Below are positions 63,401 through 64,000 of a stretch of 64,000 bases of DNA, one piece after another. The notes beneath the pieces were generated by a model that was given only the letters and a program-made list of their open reading frames with translations, searched no databases and was not told where the DNA came from. The translations under genes were made by a program, and so were the position numbers. Positions within the stretch are counted from its first letter, which is position 1; the number at the start of each line of letters is the position of its first letter. This DNA is from Candidatus Omnitrophota bacterium (GTDB lineage: Bacteria; Omnitrophota; Gorgyraeia; Zapsychrales; Zapsychraceae). Where the stretch lies: NCBI GenBank assembly GCA_015233115.1, contig JADFYJ010000012.1:15557-79556 (forward strand), written 5' to 3'.

Positions 63401-64000
63401 GCAATATCGTCGACATCCAGCTATTCGTTTGCGTCTGAATGCGCTTTAAAGCATCTAATATTTCTTTTTCCCCTTCAGGTTTGCCCTTTGACCCGTATTT
63501 TTCATTCAAATAATTTTCTACAAGTAACCGCTGTTGCTTTGAAAGATCGGCAAAAAGATCTTGGTCTGGTCTTTCTTTCGCTTTCCCTTTATTCCCGCTT
63601 TTTTGCTCTCGTATATATTTTTCATAAATGGTTCGTAATAATTCAAAAAATTGAATGTCCGTGTCTGTACCATTCAAAGCACTCAGCTCCACAAAAAGAA
63701 CTTGTTCCCAATCAATGCCTTGTTCACGGATTCTAAAAAACACATCTATCAAAGCAACAAGCCTCACTTTTACTCTATCCAGAGGTATTGTTAAACCTCT
63801 GGCCGCAATTTCGAAGAAAATCAAACCTATCGAAGGGGATATCCCAAAATTAGTCGCTAAAATAAAATTCAATTCCATGATTTGTTTTTCAAATTCTACT
63901 TCAGCGTCCTCAGTTGACTTCCTCTCTGCCTGGAGAGCGCCGTCCAACTTATTTTTTTTATAAATATTAAAAAATCCAGCAATGATCAAAAGCCCAACAC
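36495..64000 (-). CDS. Giant multidomain polytopic membrane megaprotein (>=9,164 aa). The 5' end runs off the window; the first in-window start-like codon is TTG at 63989 and the frame is still open to position 64000.
   Basis: Single uninterrupted 27.5-kb reading frame, impossible by chance in ~40% GC DNA. Recognisable enzyme motifs at many positions (listed as sub-features below). More than 10 hydrophobic helices. No recognisable adhesin or RTX-type repeats. Confidence 0.8.
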   Translation of the reverse strand, partial: VGLLIIAGFFNIYKKNKLDGALQAERKSTEDAEVEFEKQIMELNFILATNFGISPSIGLIFFEIAARGLTIPLDRVKVRLVALIDVFFRIREQGIDWEQVLFVELSALNGTDTDIQFFELLRTIYEKYIREQKSGNKGKAKERPDQDLFADLSKQQRLLVENYLNEKYGSKGKPEGEKEILDALKRIQTQTNSWMSTILQGLVLEIALYSSKKHEVQPRVEFILDFLNRLHEQNIDCEKVFNNEFFEAYNLEGGEDIGKFNKILVSIYNEKILNQERERDKANREREQQQRAKREEKERQEQEERRKREEKRQHEEEKKSEEQKNQRRSRNNGHEAPAFEVLGLQKGASWAEVKAARNKLAKELHRDKNTHLPKEEQLKKEEQLKEVLVVYEHIKIWMNSAVCFWGTVWFGIYFLRRGGRSLLRQAVEILKAFIKEYGLFKGFYKALTAPLATPNSHDIAFKHLSRLYQQAIDVHEQAHLEGASEKEAYLVNMGKIIKKRSDIQGQASINCASTIQKFKDNKDNLDATIEELDHGAFYGIVADEVIEEAVRRLKIKTLEFMRASISLVDHGYNLTDRKSFPCAVFSKAVRISSEKTKEIYPQLISIEVGGSLDFLAAGLKKIGVEKFGDFDFNVNLLRDAADEDVDNMLEFFAQTLNGFIKEWDMNFENIKRMIPERSIADISFGTMFIKEVDFFFRYFDQANLTDLDLREQIRDYLIERASEFDSLFWIRHHDQSGRLVSKQFTLKDNPRKYILKYLAYEYYFGGSKGREFFNEIRDKYLECAEDEYYSLGELIGRSDRLDKLLRSVRYLSKPQFKIHTENLDFSFLVRDGEDNYGELDSIFDVDEAKVVLGDVLGLSEVKISEIFQSEDLNTVVVELGEQPTGSFKSWSGYEMIKIARSNSKIDSFVTATTGNQGIAMSYIVKVVGEKLGRKLEAIIYVGANTPETKILKMRELGAKVVQYKDNTDQKFMNYEEAYDAALTQSKLEENRYFVRHANEFTIAGYAALNENIIRQLKLKNMDLNRAVVIAPVGSGGFASGVTLAFKRENSRTKIFLVQTERTKHAYCSLKAGKLVGYYTDYSGRLAEDSLDTKVLEPTAFEVLNALSDGVITVSSKHIYDAAKEFLFAGIAAEGGAVTPYVALQNLKEYLIRIGVKHVVLMLTGANSKACYQTKIDAILEQTKNVVQANAPPATQQEGFVDIKFIESEVPTEKPSAVENAIFRKIQNGPGVITVLNDKKEEVIRRTITVAGIASLAKNFLVSFLAQRDALPAKVDWIMAFGNEYLETVFETARLYLDGKADAIMFVGGIGHSTVNLVEEAAKYLQISTDKLSGLAEAEIMEQVFRAYLRGEGLSEAEINNIKLYLVTESRNCQENVELARDKIEFLGLPVDKVILIQQPPLQRRMGLTFDKWFRTKYPDVKAFNRAAFIPEGDLLDDLDYLATLIDEAEKLEIYAKPRFNYIPALSFEGVDRGKLPTDIQAAVDQVKQEIGMMQLVEVEDEDVAIKIKVGNKARTSINDPIQIETGSYRSGSSMTGFANEKYEAVIYLKSGEAVVKIKADGREFLVKAGDIIASFSHMDLTFAKDSEYLVYRQTDELAVVADRHEMIEGEQETADGRFIIRDGAIAAEVYRDQDGLLLASIYRETMAMPSKMALITPKSAAIGVGIKEATGQEAMHQHNKDGRSRIEAILVKGGTANAQVSNVQAVEIKDIEVKENETLLLAQFSVHGFEFDHTRMAVIIQEPGRPADKQEAGVNKTCLYLKQIQRELASIGIVDAGNIRLNIEHIFKTPHVGQTLQILRTNGLLTSLLPFLSILDGAHQGYKFHFEGDALQHTIHLFNHFPKLILGESKFILQLAVLFHDISKGHPALQKIDADGQKSFKDQKGRQHNRYSAVMTRRILREIGFGAGVVRDVTWLVNNHCFGGVVRDPKVSFEKLAAVFNHRLYPLLYELIKMDVSTGMVVEEGAGHILFLEEQEKIYRKKLLQNVNALSLFNISENRPAGNGVVISDVSFEKDNQAAQGRVIVFDPVKIDLKLWFDPEGRAYDFSRYAVLEKFAVDHGLQFKEFPGLTVEEFVANKDLIFAVNGHQGNFYLANTLLIVDGQIISKTAHGIGQQEFTPLNGEYVFFVLDSNNLGFRKVTIRNGAAVEDIYDIKNALTGPLLRVNGENRISEIQKACPHIAQHEATWDKNVARFAMSIIGLNKNGKIVQISLRGNPEEKDELGLYDVVKLFDELEIVDAMLLGSSADVQQYVAAEQNKLLTAKTRKGSGLGVDRRPLTSILYGQEKKADGLFGSAQESVIENDMYEQQILETVQKLNLVSVRPCLNKTSLLEVCSQGRQELFSYIEQHSILKNREDVLRVLRAKLANVQKGPNEDKKEEEFVKIYEIIFAQKLNSQNSMVIFSGGTGSNKLTTGLLGQGVNPVMLLNAYDDGKSTGDIRKNFGLLGPSDIAKNWVVLFQDLHPDMTQLLEHRLGRTGSVNYYRQMIMDVTAERNLSNELGRLVDKLNPSMRRIILNYLSAFNARLDEWEQQNGKTYDLRDYGVRNIIFVGAFYFYGGDYHQAINRMIKDFNLKGSIVLNNQEPLWLVAITEQGQLLNCEAEIVDRNLEDEISAIYLVRKTLDQYEMAEFNACCSIVEKKAFMKNRFAIYPQAEQVALDAIKGTNAIVFAPTTFDSSLSPTLITQGIAQAVREKKCLKIVVANLVRERGKLTVGENMRQLQQYLNDGKDTGVDSVLDYVLVDYHGNRTDGVVQAHHIPIDDEYICSMGIEPIKAAISKGGKHDSHLTAEILCSLEGLDDLGYRIFKGRLTHKNLYDLVAKAKDQLRYLLNNPILFDDYEGKIKNIICDLAGIKDIGQYRPLRPVRVVILASGKASRLQSDKPKVLYPIAGRPNLAHLLEATKNIDTKPVLVVREEDEFAINDFLTTYPKYQVEVVVVKTLPGTAVALMSSERILKDFDGDVLLMWGDITNIQDKTLKTALAVHQLLDHTVMTMPTVWEREPYAGLTRNDQGEVEGIFLTKEHPEQKRLFGEHDSSVFIFDKRKVFAYNQKLINDSGVMDGKISELNFLKIIPLLTRLGETVIGIACSDPYEVIGFNTQEEAAQVQQYYYLMRNKANNGRKASINKQLIFDALNSIKNDEQASQVSPENIDRYLYRFNEYLAQGYQGVVVDVDETLTDERGKLPEFIVDQLVDLANKKIYVGIITARTDDSLRNKFLNLILNHARCNLHTLPFFYIYPVNGAYGYRLDRGSVSKFYEKTIPAYVTQAAISLLRTYILAYDEDYSVSKYKIHIWPKKPGNQMNMVQRINQLFDLSGLPLTALRSSSIETSGSITISSKGLNKGTALKHFLKDTSLELDKVVKIGDMAEKEAVDHSLLVGKGSFSVNRYDYESENQIPVSLICKLKRAEATGWLLRQIKFEAIKTAGGSNGYSVVKFIFMAAFMAVSSKAWTRTMYVDSLAGNDLDWAALGCIAIPIGLFAVIFFVGFMIYGYSIQRALWKFFVVALIEDFHHKVKIFRLFKNQPPGIISRDILPSHAVDRIHEYLLLLNGFIYSLLRRAIGFIFYICPVNHWGHFDRRIMINWAANQIHYGVPLFNRYYVDSTYAWALKAGFDKWEARLLASACITTDSYLNFVPFYRSAEYQYLRMHMNMNRKPNGAGDQENDSRIIFAKEMLEKALETAAQKGTSHYQIFYYLGRGVHALQDITAHGDFLPYEDPAWTHDARIDGVDPQGKLIYGLNRLKETKRLTVAYIKEFLDQTRVNAPDKVMAIPADVAGFTPVPLGQVIIRGKNNFKWDETLWAQMNPAYQERLKEIMGFMSHYVTGPPLKTNIIIEPAEINASSMWYDYVENAVHIQAVHLSNDVSLKYSQIMAHHEFILHALLRLKERDAEPLTIELLQNNNLIARNTGDLTDRFFVFSSESALKFELTEKTARTKARDLMGSWSGELSQNPKSLPLEQIEWVLDYLKTKGARALKSAGEYYQIFNERTLELKKSKSSLWEVEKPLAKGVENFLEFLRSMSAPMVLVSGGPIEHKVWELAALNVRQYFEEVYAELSPSSLALGVALFDKKKIVEAVIKQQQIDPRRVLSIGDGRQDARLAKDLGLPFIAVARQSKDAEKLLEVNPSAIIIKDFTDEAKFKEIINRINPQLVIWAWDGTIFVGSDGWREIIAEILLGIQKEAAREIAARKKISVIVPCRSGARLWHPNFHVDGQNSLYEKLAQMKEAFRNHVDTVWEVVFVDDGSPLQETKQLIDQILRSNPDFAEFVKNHQVRTLALEDVLAQEGLSSVDESKKGGAVLYGMRDALRNGADYVFYTDTDLSTDLKQIHLLLDSLVKQTADVVFGSRYVKDAKTQGRSEQARLSSFVFNFFIHSLFPPLKRVSDTQCGFKAFSREALEDILSRAEDRQMSFDVELLFLAAIAGYRLKEVPIVWNEDKKGTSVDLEKDAPIMLSRLMRLRQKMYPGSLLTIAASWFIPIIITAMHGYVYAKELFAQFFIYRNFLKLRVPSFYNADQQYVWNSAQLVLSYREHFNKNPRAAYYFNWASEPTAGAGDVLSNRIAHLWAIRSRYFGELNRGERFEILEKIFAVLIHKTLDEDLWKNAKEILTEMLESFDFEIWAPAFKRCLDSFQREAEKEAWIAVIEAIIPVRGKLENPTLVKVLRQNLLSRQPWIVESAAFILGEMRPVKVSIRRYMRQALQQVKDPEARQTIDDAMVKLYGREGRMLIRRYSAPTEQDLLQGLRTPEAIAAIKGEELIHLAEGNYADDRGKLDSRFSFVKPLDVTRFFTNPIDVHTDSLAGEKILIKSGVDYLIWTEIIAHKFFALLGLPVVKMQRVKVQQRDRFGKLQQTTNAEPDMADVLAMEYAEGYRMGGLWLDAPFHHTAEIQGAFILSLLLGERDRVPKNMLFKRSDDIRGPPVLHIDFGCSLMFRATGGFLPFPASMDALIMQDILRSPRLGSRDIVNEAYGFAAQNEHYLSALVERIGSITDEQIATIVDRSGMPSGEQGLAILAQWIRQLETENKAGRWNRKARYQRMAPINTFHAAIKAGGLAEYIKFALKLRRDALVKMFGKHDAGLSGSPTRSALMALPQVKISIVMPSRAKRITIFSVFEHVQALPINKEIIIVIDGVNKANPAILNQLRSLANQPNVVVIEHPSNMGKGMTVRSALQAATGEIFVVQDSDGEYDPNDIPGLVELFEQPNVDVVYGSRRLEHEPENVPYMRFYFGGRLLTWLTNFLYRSQITDEPTGYKLYRTRLLRQLVLKGEHFELEPEITAKVLRLGHKIIEKQIQWTPRTIEQGKSINWIDGVSAIWTLIKYRFTNKNTFIKSQPLSTENKENTEPEEVSAESKGPEPVNRDNEVLITRDFMEQEVFSLTREYNNKQQQFILKQGAASTKGWRHILARHTIAGKLLRPSGDSIFPQHLSDHQILGLILLTLEKGYHTNTLSGDDCYRYFLTEDESGRFGIEFMHVGVSLRKDSEQGKVWEIINAFPLFGKNNRYKRGELRDFYFWYWRKSIRRSDFSLDINGEHDKVLSNIRLAFRVRGREAEGIRISTAPETPDIIARMLKEGRKKIISSNNGEETRIKIIYDQPFDWQGQAVKEVVFSLDLKERFPGARRYYLTDICVVFGSRGAVSACGYQLPRKVQAVAERIMDTIFKKALIHSNDFKKTYWQFILDGLRKRGINAADLENFANGWNISYMVVSPLSTGTRGKTYGLGVLQNEDFPAEDFAPGRDIFATRSIDEDHKKIQIWVAEGLWYKAPRDLRQEVLAHEAYGAFREAGYEESPELRKAIDEEIEKQAKKNCQIPDEERRDLGLLDLKGSLHARESAFAVLVCPEHKKDEVSPLIVLLQHLRREMIRQYEESMKNSRDEICCNGDMGINRVNMMAEVRQYLDKFGFDNLAEYVADQAEFFDKNIFVLDYALLTSAVAKDIFSVVQTLVRGAGCAVELYVDLVPEMKINIEQVNSGFVEFFMTKEINEVLDSAINHRKGLTGWKDASAIVFGDLLHKLLALPKNSVYVKNLDHVAVFKPRGENKKRIIKIVIKSLDTASIGQSESVCPLFLIDYWAYAQDVESISNSMAVYLSEYTLELSFGCDIQRDSPFYLEPIHPFAGKLPFKKFDAVWVSVNRGNGQQGEFSDPALLDLAPIIMARRVFAWFSLWHDIHRETGWRGLAQLLWHDGCIISALAIYYFLKAITFGYWAPPVETRFAFFEMAQTIDGKIYYHPAFYFLPTAVRQAIITHEETHAKEYKFSFLAVEQELNAYLMEISSASQLIAFIREINRPVQYELIAGSEVLLADGSHGLTYPRTCVYASGLSELILQNRFGPRITLTRKDGWDRSRQYFHQWLEVIFEKRKFYLSFTDGQFSAGYPGQKSDDKLTANDDRQPLPIARIEYLQWYFEQELDDFVLIDITKGEDQKALYDWLGYYPKKTYIGEQDEWDFKKQIYFSKALADKNLTASKWLVKNSQMFPEEEPSTGNAIDESIRYGAYAGYVGFLIYGVARFLIPCALWVDVTCLSVLASMIILPLATASFIESAMDFRLNNFWFQRNNYELIPEFKDLHKARDIRDLYERDPESLHKIEYVKFSRGFGEMFIDFKAMRFVPPFIQKIIYFHATLHYLMGFRDETFAVQMTFCYPMAKKLLFISGGLMIGFLFGFPVTPVSLGYVFGLLLYTMYFSSLATYFVKLRGERRTASGYYYPVSRRRTKLTPAEIDNMISGYVHGRYIIEGQPCRWREWLKGEDNEPQVVGIETPDERSEAVLVIRGNVHVSKIMEETRAALARITKSALVLIIADQGTDQSNVIDRKVQLRLITDKVFEAIKVIRKENAGASYEVVKKASLIKIKSLKGTVLDPDTQNTVWGKISFRQVRLNLNKKSKEQIIEAINKLKPKDINKIAVILRKALNTTARTKYELKFNDINTIEILLQKSMNRPARVKYEVKNVDVRATEYDLTRLRELDHIYRRWISNLAYHTVDRDVFISQPHGHLSRLKSAVDWLISQGYKRAVIAGDIFARKKLWPGEMPSPYTPVLEGGFTVEIFDYLRDLPRSGQKFELVFLAGKSEYLFLQSLFQYDPSLPKQTTSVGIRTKKEDKMNWLTRPVFGGPALWHSLQVLSGKSPEAAKSEKERTEINEARAFNERLKGLANATGESLPVLWARYYRFHPKVLEIARFIIENARLVFYEDLSHRAYLVGSIPKHALMIEELKIIEQKIKNDLRLCMALLEITTQVWDMVSETKSIPVLRSIFLVKIRHQLDAFFDKQHKLDILYGRPLITQNSLHDFVGQLFEFLTELKDREDLISEEMIAKEILDFISVEMTASAKFFEDTFKLVFEGGGTSVWNPDQSAGGLLTDENSDLARQKERLILGIHVAMNEDSFSSRKAANELGDIRIMDSMGNVLLVSVPALQTGAFEAQVVAVPYRRHLEPITWLEEFLGVPLVNKNLVFKKLPDNNILTLDQFNAIVEQITEKHANYRSTLYIEPKFYKQFSWNKVLRNFYVTVFFEDGELVISLCDLQGIYKEPMVQLILSARNRDKIGNNFIRVMEQVIDTKWHGQPGCRGVQEIVQEYDQVINPVQKAKRRWFGMAGIFGNVSENAEQELNVSAQSLKNVEVMPVEKDWLTIDKDVQPNVYAFNKKSERAPPVFIWERFVDGQLQFFFSDCLWEQYFLNAIKDSTRSGKTRLTQAVLLHATLEQVNHLSHDAANSEGLRQDPEALFELYQIYLKYLQMNFAGKCDEEIARVGQILREWAEPLDEFSRIQSWKGLDDHKQIVEHVVQLFRGQLTERLFEAIESIIKLAVDFTWQPCCIHHGMTMDIAKICEEEPLLLEICASLIFKILHQQDTDEFKKAAIAEIIERLIWLSSKIVTADMPHIMELLVQEWSECSPLETLQECFSAYRTQAPPQFGSALSGSKVDLADGLIMKPFAKELYFLEKYGTVIGFVEARLITGHKEMRLMVHVFRVQDTRQGIGEKVLQWAAKQAGEGNYIVVPYPVMDKTFNFMLKNTRQLFDSIEAMSSSKHAYCEIPSSDYRWVNVTSLEEAKALVKLGEQLYIRGKIGFAGSASYIKEFLKRESGLSVRAYVLGAGRGKRARATINMPKPLIEVNGRPIYSYTLDKLLKLEIPVTIITGFGAPALEQSIINRYGKNAPCFHRVSAPDGTGLINTGNNFLFIQDALAADPCEYVLVMNLDDIYPNDVFITTMIQTQCREQAAVVLTVHNQEPLNFGRVIRQSNGSFYQIVEPSRFNETSIAIGKGTIFEQDIPMSEVKAIKECNTNVILFTKSKLLEVLAYFADSQKSFSVGEILKEMRRRNMTVTVANLDEKDKFYSCNSPQEILQAESMIQTWEALEIHKAGDTMLHSYGMVLFAMFGALFALPMLTASPTVLQRIIFYSLWLGFATSSAVTYFKTTRKLAVSSKPQSGISQMIKELILSLVPPQEIVPDFNKKMEEIDQAQKKLNARCAILAGSRSFHSGQTGSILNALLFVIVVAGVIFGSLMVTKNITVVVALFVLVFLAGIFMFSDGKEYWARFVKKFEAKKEKQIQNKKAEQKLNFLQKVEGLKKIFQNIKTHDLAGLKEELEQIEAGLGEIDFRPADIRNITRQIKKWRTAIADEQRNRDRVQKQTEATAEADRLVRLKTENMLRQKEQARQEREHRVQALKQKDERRFNEDYQLFCELSEQMWQLQSIDEAEKMIRTVLDFEEHMHPRLAQEGIILIEDTGEILAYCEEFIRIQNALDLANESTLFDQRLLEPLSAEVSLQNILTHGMTFKSQKSLMCFLIGKRGLSVDKIKLYKGFLRALRDLALVEYLKKSDKFTELPTKEFLNSLSKGLSKTNYENLEIFTNELWNLKREQVLQCVQHFLGSLGYPEEIIVFTKEQIDIYEYQSNEKNGLAAQRFYLSEGARLSSENLLKFLTYDDSFEPAFRLGWTPRLFYRYFKDILANKYFPEDIVMHLVCSRVSFLFAVNDPGTEMKINLANERFSPLDAIHSVPYTIRHESCHFILNRNGYSSVQLKHPQNQLQAWLKEQYLSLDREFTKIFTEQLKYDQLEWLHAQFILNEIMTEAMTVLLFPEGTKKGSKFFEQARWKKIHVYRNLYESLIYRCVVVEMFASMEGQSLSNKKFLMNISSRYYREALKIIGDREKQDKVLDALRKFYKHFSQEDILGFKNRFVRGEIFKS
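38010..38957 (-). other. C-proximal four transmembrane helices followed by a ~150-aa coiled coil, aa ~8345-8660
   Basis: GMVLFAMFGALFALPMLTA, IIFYSLWLGFATSSAVTYF, ILNALLFVIVVAGVIFGSLMV, VVVALFVLVFLAGIFMF, then the E/K/Q/R heptad-rich run KKEKQIQNKKAEQKLNFLQKVEGLKK...REHRVQALKQKDERR. Confidence 0.5.
39090..39800 (-). other. Sugar-phosphate nucleotidyltransferase domain no. 2, aa ~8064-8300
   Basis: VRAYVLGAGRGKRARATINMPKPLIEVNGRPIYSYTLDKL. Confidence 0.6.
40020..40292 (-). other. GNAT-like acetyltransferase motif region, aa ~7900-7990
   Basis: VHVFRVQDTRQGIGEKVLQWAAKQA resembles GNAT motif A (Q/R-x-x-G-x-G/A). Confidence 0.35.
43950..44558 (-). other. Second transmembrane cluster (~4 helices), aa ~6478-6680
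   Basis: YGAYAGYVGFLIYGVARFLIPCALWVDVTCLSVLASMIILPLATASFI; KKLLFISGGLMIGFLFGFPVTPVSLGYVFGLLLYTMYFSSLATYFV. Confidence 0.5.
48090..48737 (-). other. GT2 glycosyltransferase domain no. 2 (DPM1-like), aa ~5085-5300
   Basis: KISIVMPSRAKR...IIIVIDGVN...GKGMTVRSALQAATGEIFVVQDSDGEYDP...VVYGSRR...TGYKLYRTRLL. The nucleotide mapping was verified (DSDGEYD equals 48453-48473). Confidence 0.75.
50730..51443 (-). other. GT2 glycosyltransferase domain no. 1 (DPM1/GtrB-like polyprenyl-phosphate glycosyltransferase type), aa ~4183-4420
   Basis: KISVIVPCRSG...VVFVDDGSP...YGMRDALRNGADYVFYTDTDLS...VVFGSRY...DTQCGFKAF...EVPIVW. Confidence 0.75.
53310..53717 (-). other. Cluster of ~4 transmembrane helices, aa ~3425-3560
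   Basis: VVKFIFMAAFMAVSS, ALGCIAIPIGLFAVIFFVGFMIYGY, YLLLLNGFIYSLLRRAIGFIFYI. Confidence 0.5.
53850..54512 (-). other. HAD-superfamily phosphatase domain (Cof/IIB-like), aa ~3160-3380
   Basis: VVVDVDETLT (DxDxT motif I)...GIITARTDDS...KIGDMAEKEAV (motif IV). Confidence 0.55.
54690..55418 (-). other. Sugar-phosphate nucleotidyltransferase domain no. 1, aa ~2858-3100
   Basis: VRVVILASGKASRLQSDKPKVLYPIAGRPNLAHLLE (GxGxRL plus a PK..l.i.g.P fingerprint). Confidence 0.65.
55710..56807 (-). other. CofD / YvcK (UPF0052) family domain, aa ~2395-2760
   Basis: MVIFSGGTGSNKLTTGL...NAYDDGKSTGDIRKNFGLLGPSDIAKN parallels GGGTG...DDGGSSGrLR...PGDiRN of YvcK/CofD. Confidence 0.65.
58140..58547 (-). other. 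HD-domain metal-dependent phosphohydrolase, aa ~1815-1950
   Basis: QHTIHLFNH...LQLAVLFHDISKGHP (H...HD...K pattern). Confidence 0.65.
60420..61382 (-). other. PLP-dependent enzyme domain of the tryptophan-synthase-beta / cysteine-synthase fold (PALP), aa ~870-1190
   Basis: PTGSFKSWSG (PLP lysine), TATTGNQGIAMSY, VIAPVGSGGFASGVTLAFK. Confidence 0.7.
62844..62984 (-). other. J-like domain (DnaJ N-terminal domain with HRD instead of HPD), aa ~336-382 of the giant protein
   Basis: FEVLGLQKGASWAEVKAARNKLAKELHRDKN follows the J-domain consensus (YeiLGv...As..eIKkAYrkLA.kyHPDKN). Preceded by an E/R/K-rich low-complexity stretch (aa 271-330). Confidence 0.5.

Noticed and set aside
36495-64000. Possibility that the giant ORF is several adjacent genes
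   Set aside because: There is not a single in-frame stop across 27.5 kb in AT-rich DNA. Separate genes would need independent stops and starts. Fusion by assembly error would require multiple exact frame-preserving joins. I therefore treat it as one gene, pending long-read confirmation.

Overview
This is a 64-kb window from an AT-rich bacterial chromosome with almost every gene on the minus strand. Taxonomy cannot be fixed from sequence alone. The gene content and the giant ORF recall the giant genes reported in uncultivated Omnitrophota-like bacteria, but that is inference only. No rRNA genes, CRISPR array, transposase or integrase were recognised. The sequence falls into two very different halves.

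Positions 1-36.4 kb are compact housekeeping operons. In coordinate order they hold:
- a partial TonB-dependent receptor that runs off the window start;
- two tandem PilZ-domain proteins;
- a CvpA-like membrane protein;
- mnmE, folC and purH;
- a 52-aa rpsU (GTG start) that is missing from the ORF track;
- a stand-alone P-II regulator;
- nth, era, a SemiSWEET-like PQ-loop protein and a PfkB-family kinase;
- an M48 (HtpX-like) peptidase, a TPR protein, a class-I aminotransferase and an Lrp/AsnC regulator;
- a secreted coiled-coil protein, a DUF2156-like protein, a YkgJ-type Cys-cluster protein and a CsaA-like tRNA-binding protein;
- a B12-binding radical-SAM enzyme;
- a GT-C-like polytopic membrane protein on the plus strand;
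- an RHH-RelE toxin-antitoxin pair;
- a large secreted protein whose signal-peptide exon appears split off by a frameshift;
- an XRE regulator, pncA and pncB;
- tRNA-Val(TAC) and tRNA-Asp(GTC);
- a Phd/VapC(PIN) toxin-antitoxin pair;
- a pyrimidine operon, pyrR-pyrB-pyrC-mutM-pyrK-pyrD-pyrF, with a recognisable sigma70 promoter and a PyrR-binding attenuator.

Positions 36,495-64,000 are one uninterrupted minus-strand ORF of at least 27.5 kb (at least 9,164 aa), still open at the window edge. It encodes a polytopic membrane megaprotein that fuses many enzyme domains:
- a J-like domain;
- a PLP-dependent beta-family enzyme;
- an HD phosphohydrolase;
- a CofD/YvcK-like domain;
- two sugar-phosphate nucleotidyltransferases;
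- HAD phosphatases;
- two DPM1-like GT2 glycosyltransferases;
- a GNAT domain;
- HExxH motifs;
- more than 10 transmembrane segments and a coiled coil.

This giant protein is the most unusual feature of the window.

The intergenic DNA is also unusual. Several families of short periodic repeats (7-9 nt units) occur as inverted arrays bracketing AT-rich cores. A conserved ~48-nt hairpin element is present in two copies that differ by a compensatory base pair. A perfect tandem duplication of a 178-nt structured element sits next to the tRNAs. A GC-rich 9-bp hairpin element occurs once between pyrD and pyrF and once in-frame inside a coding sequence.
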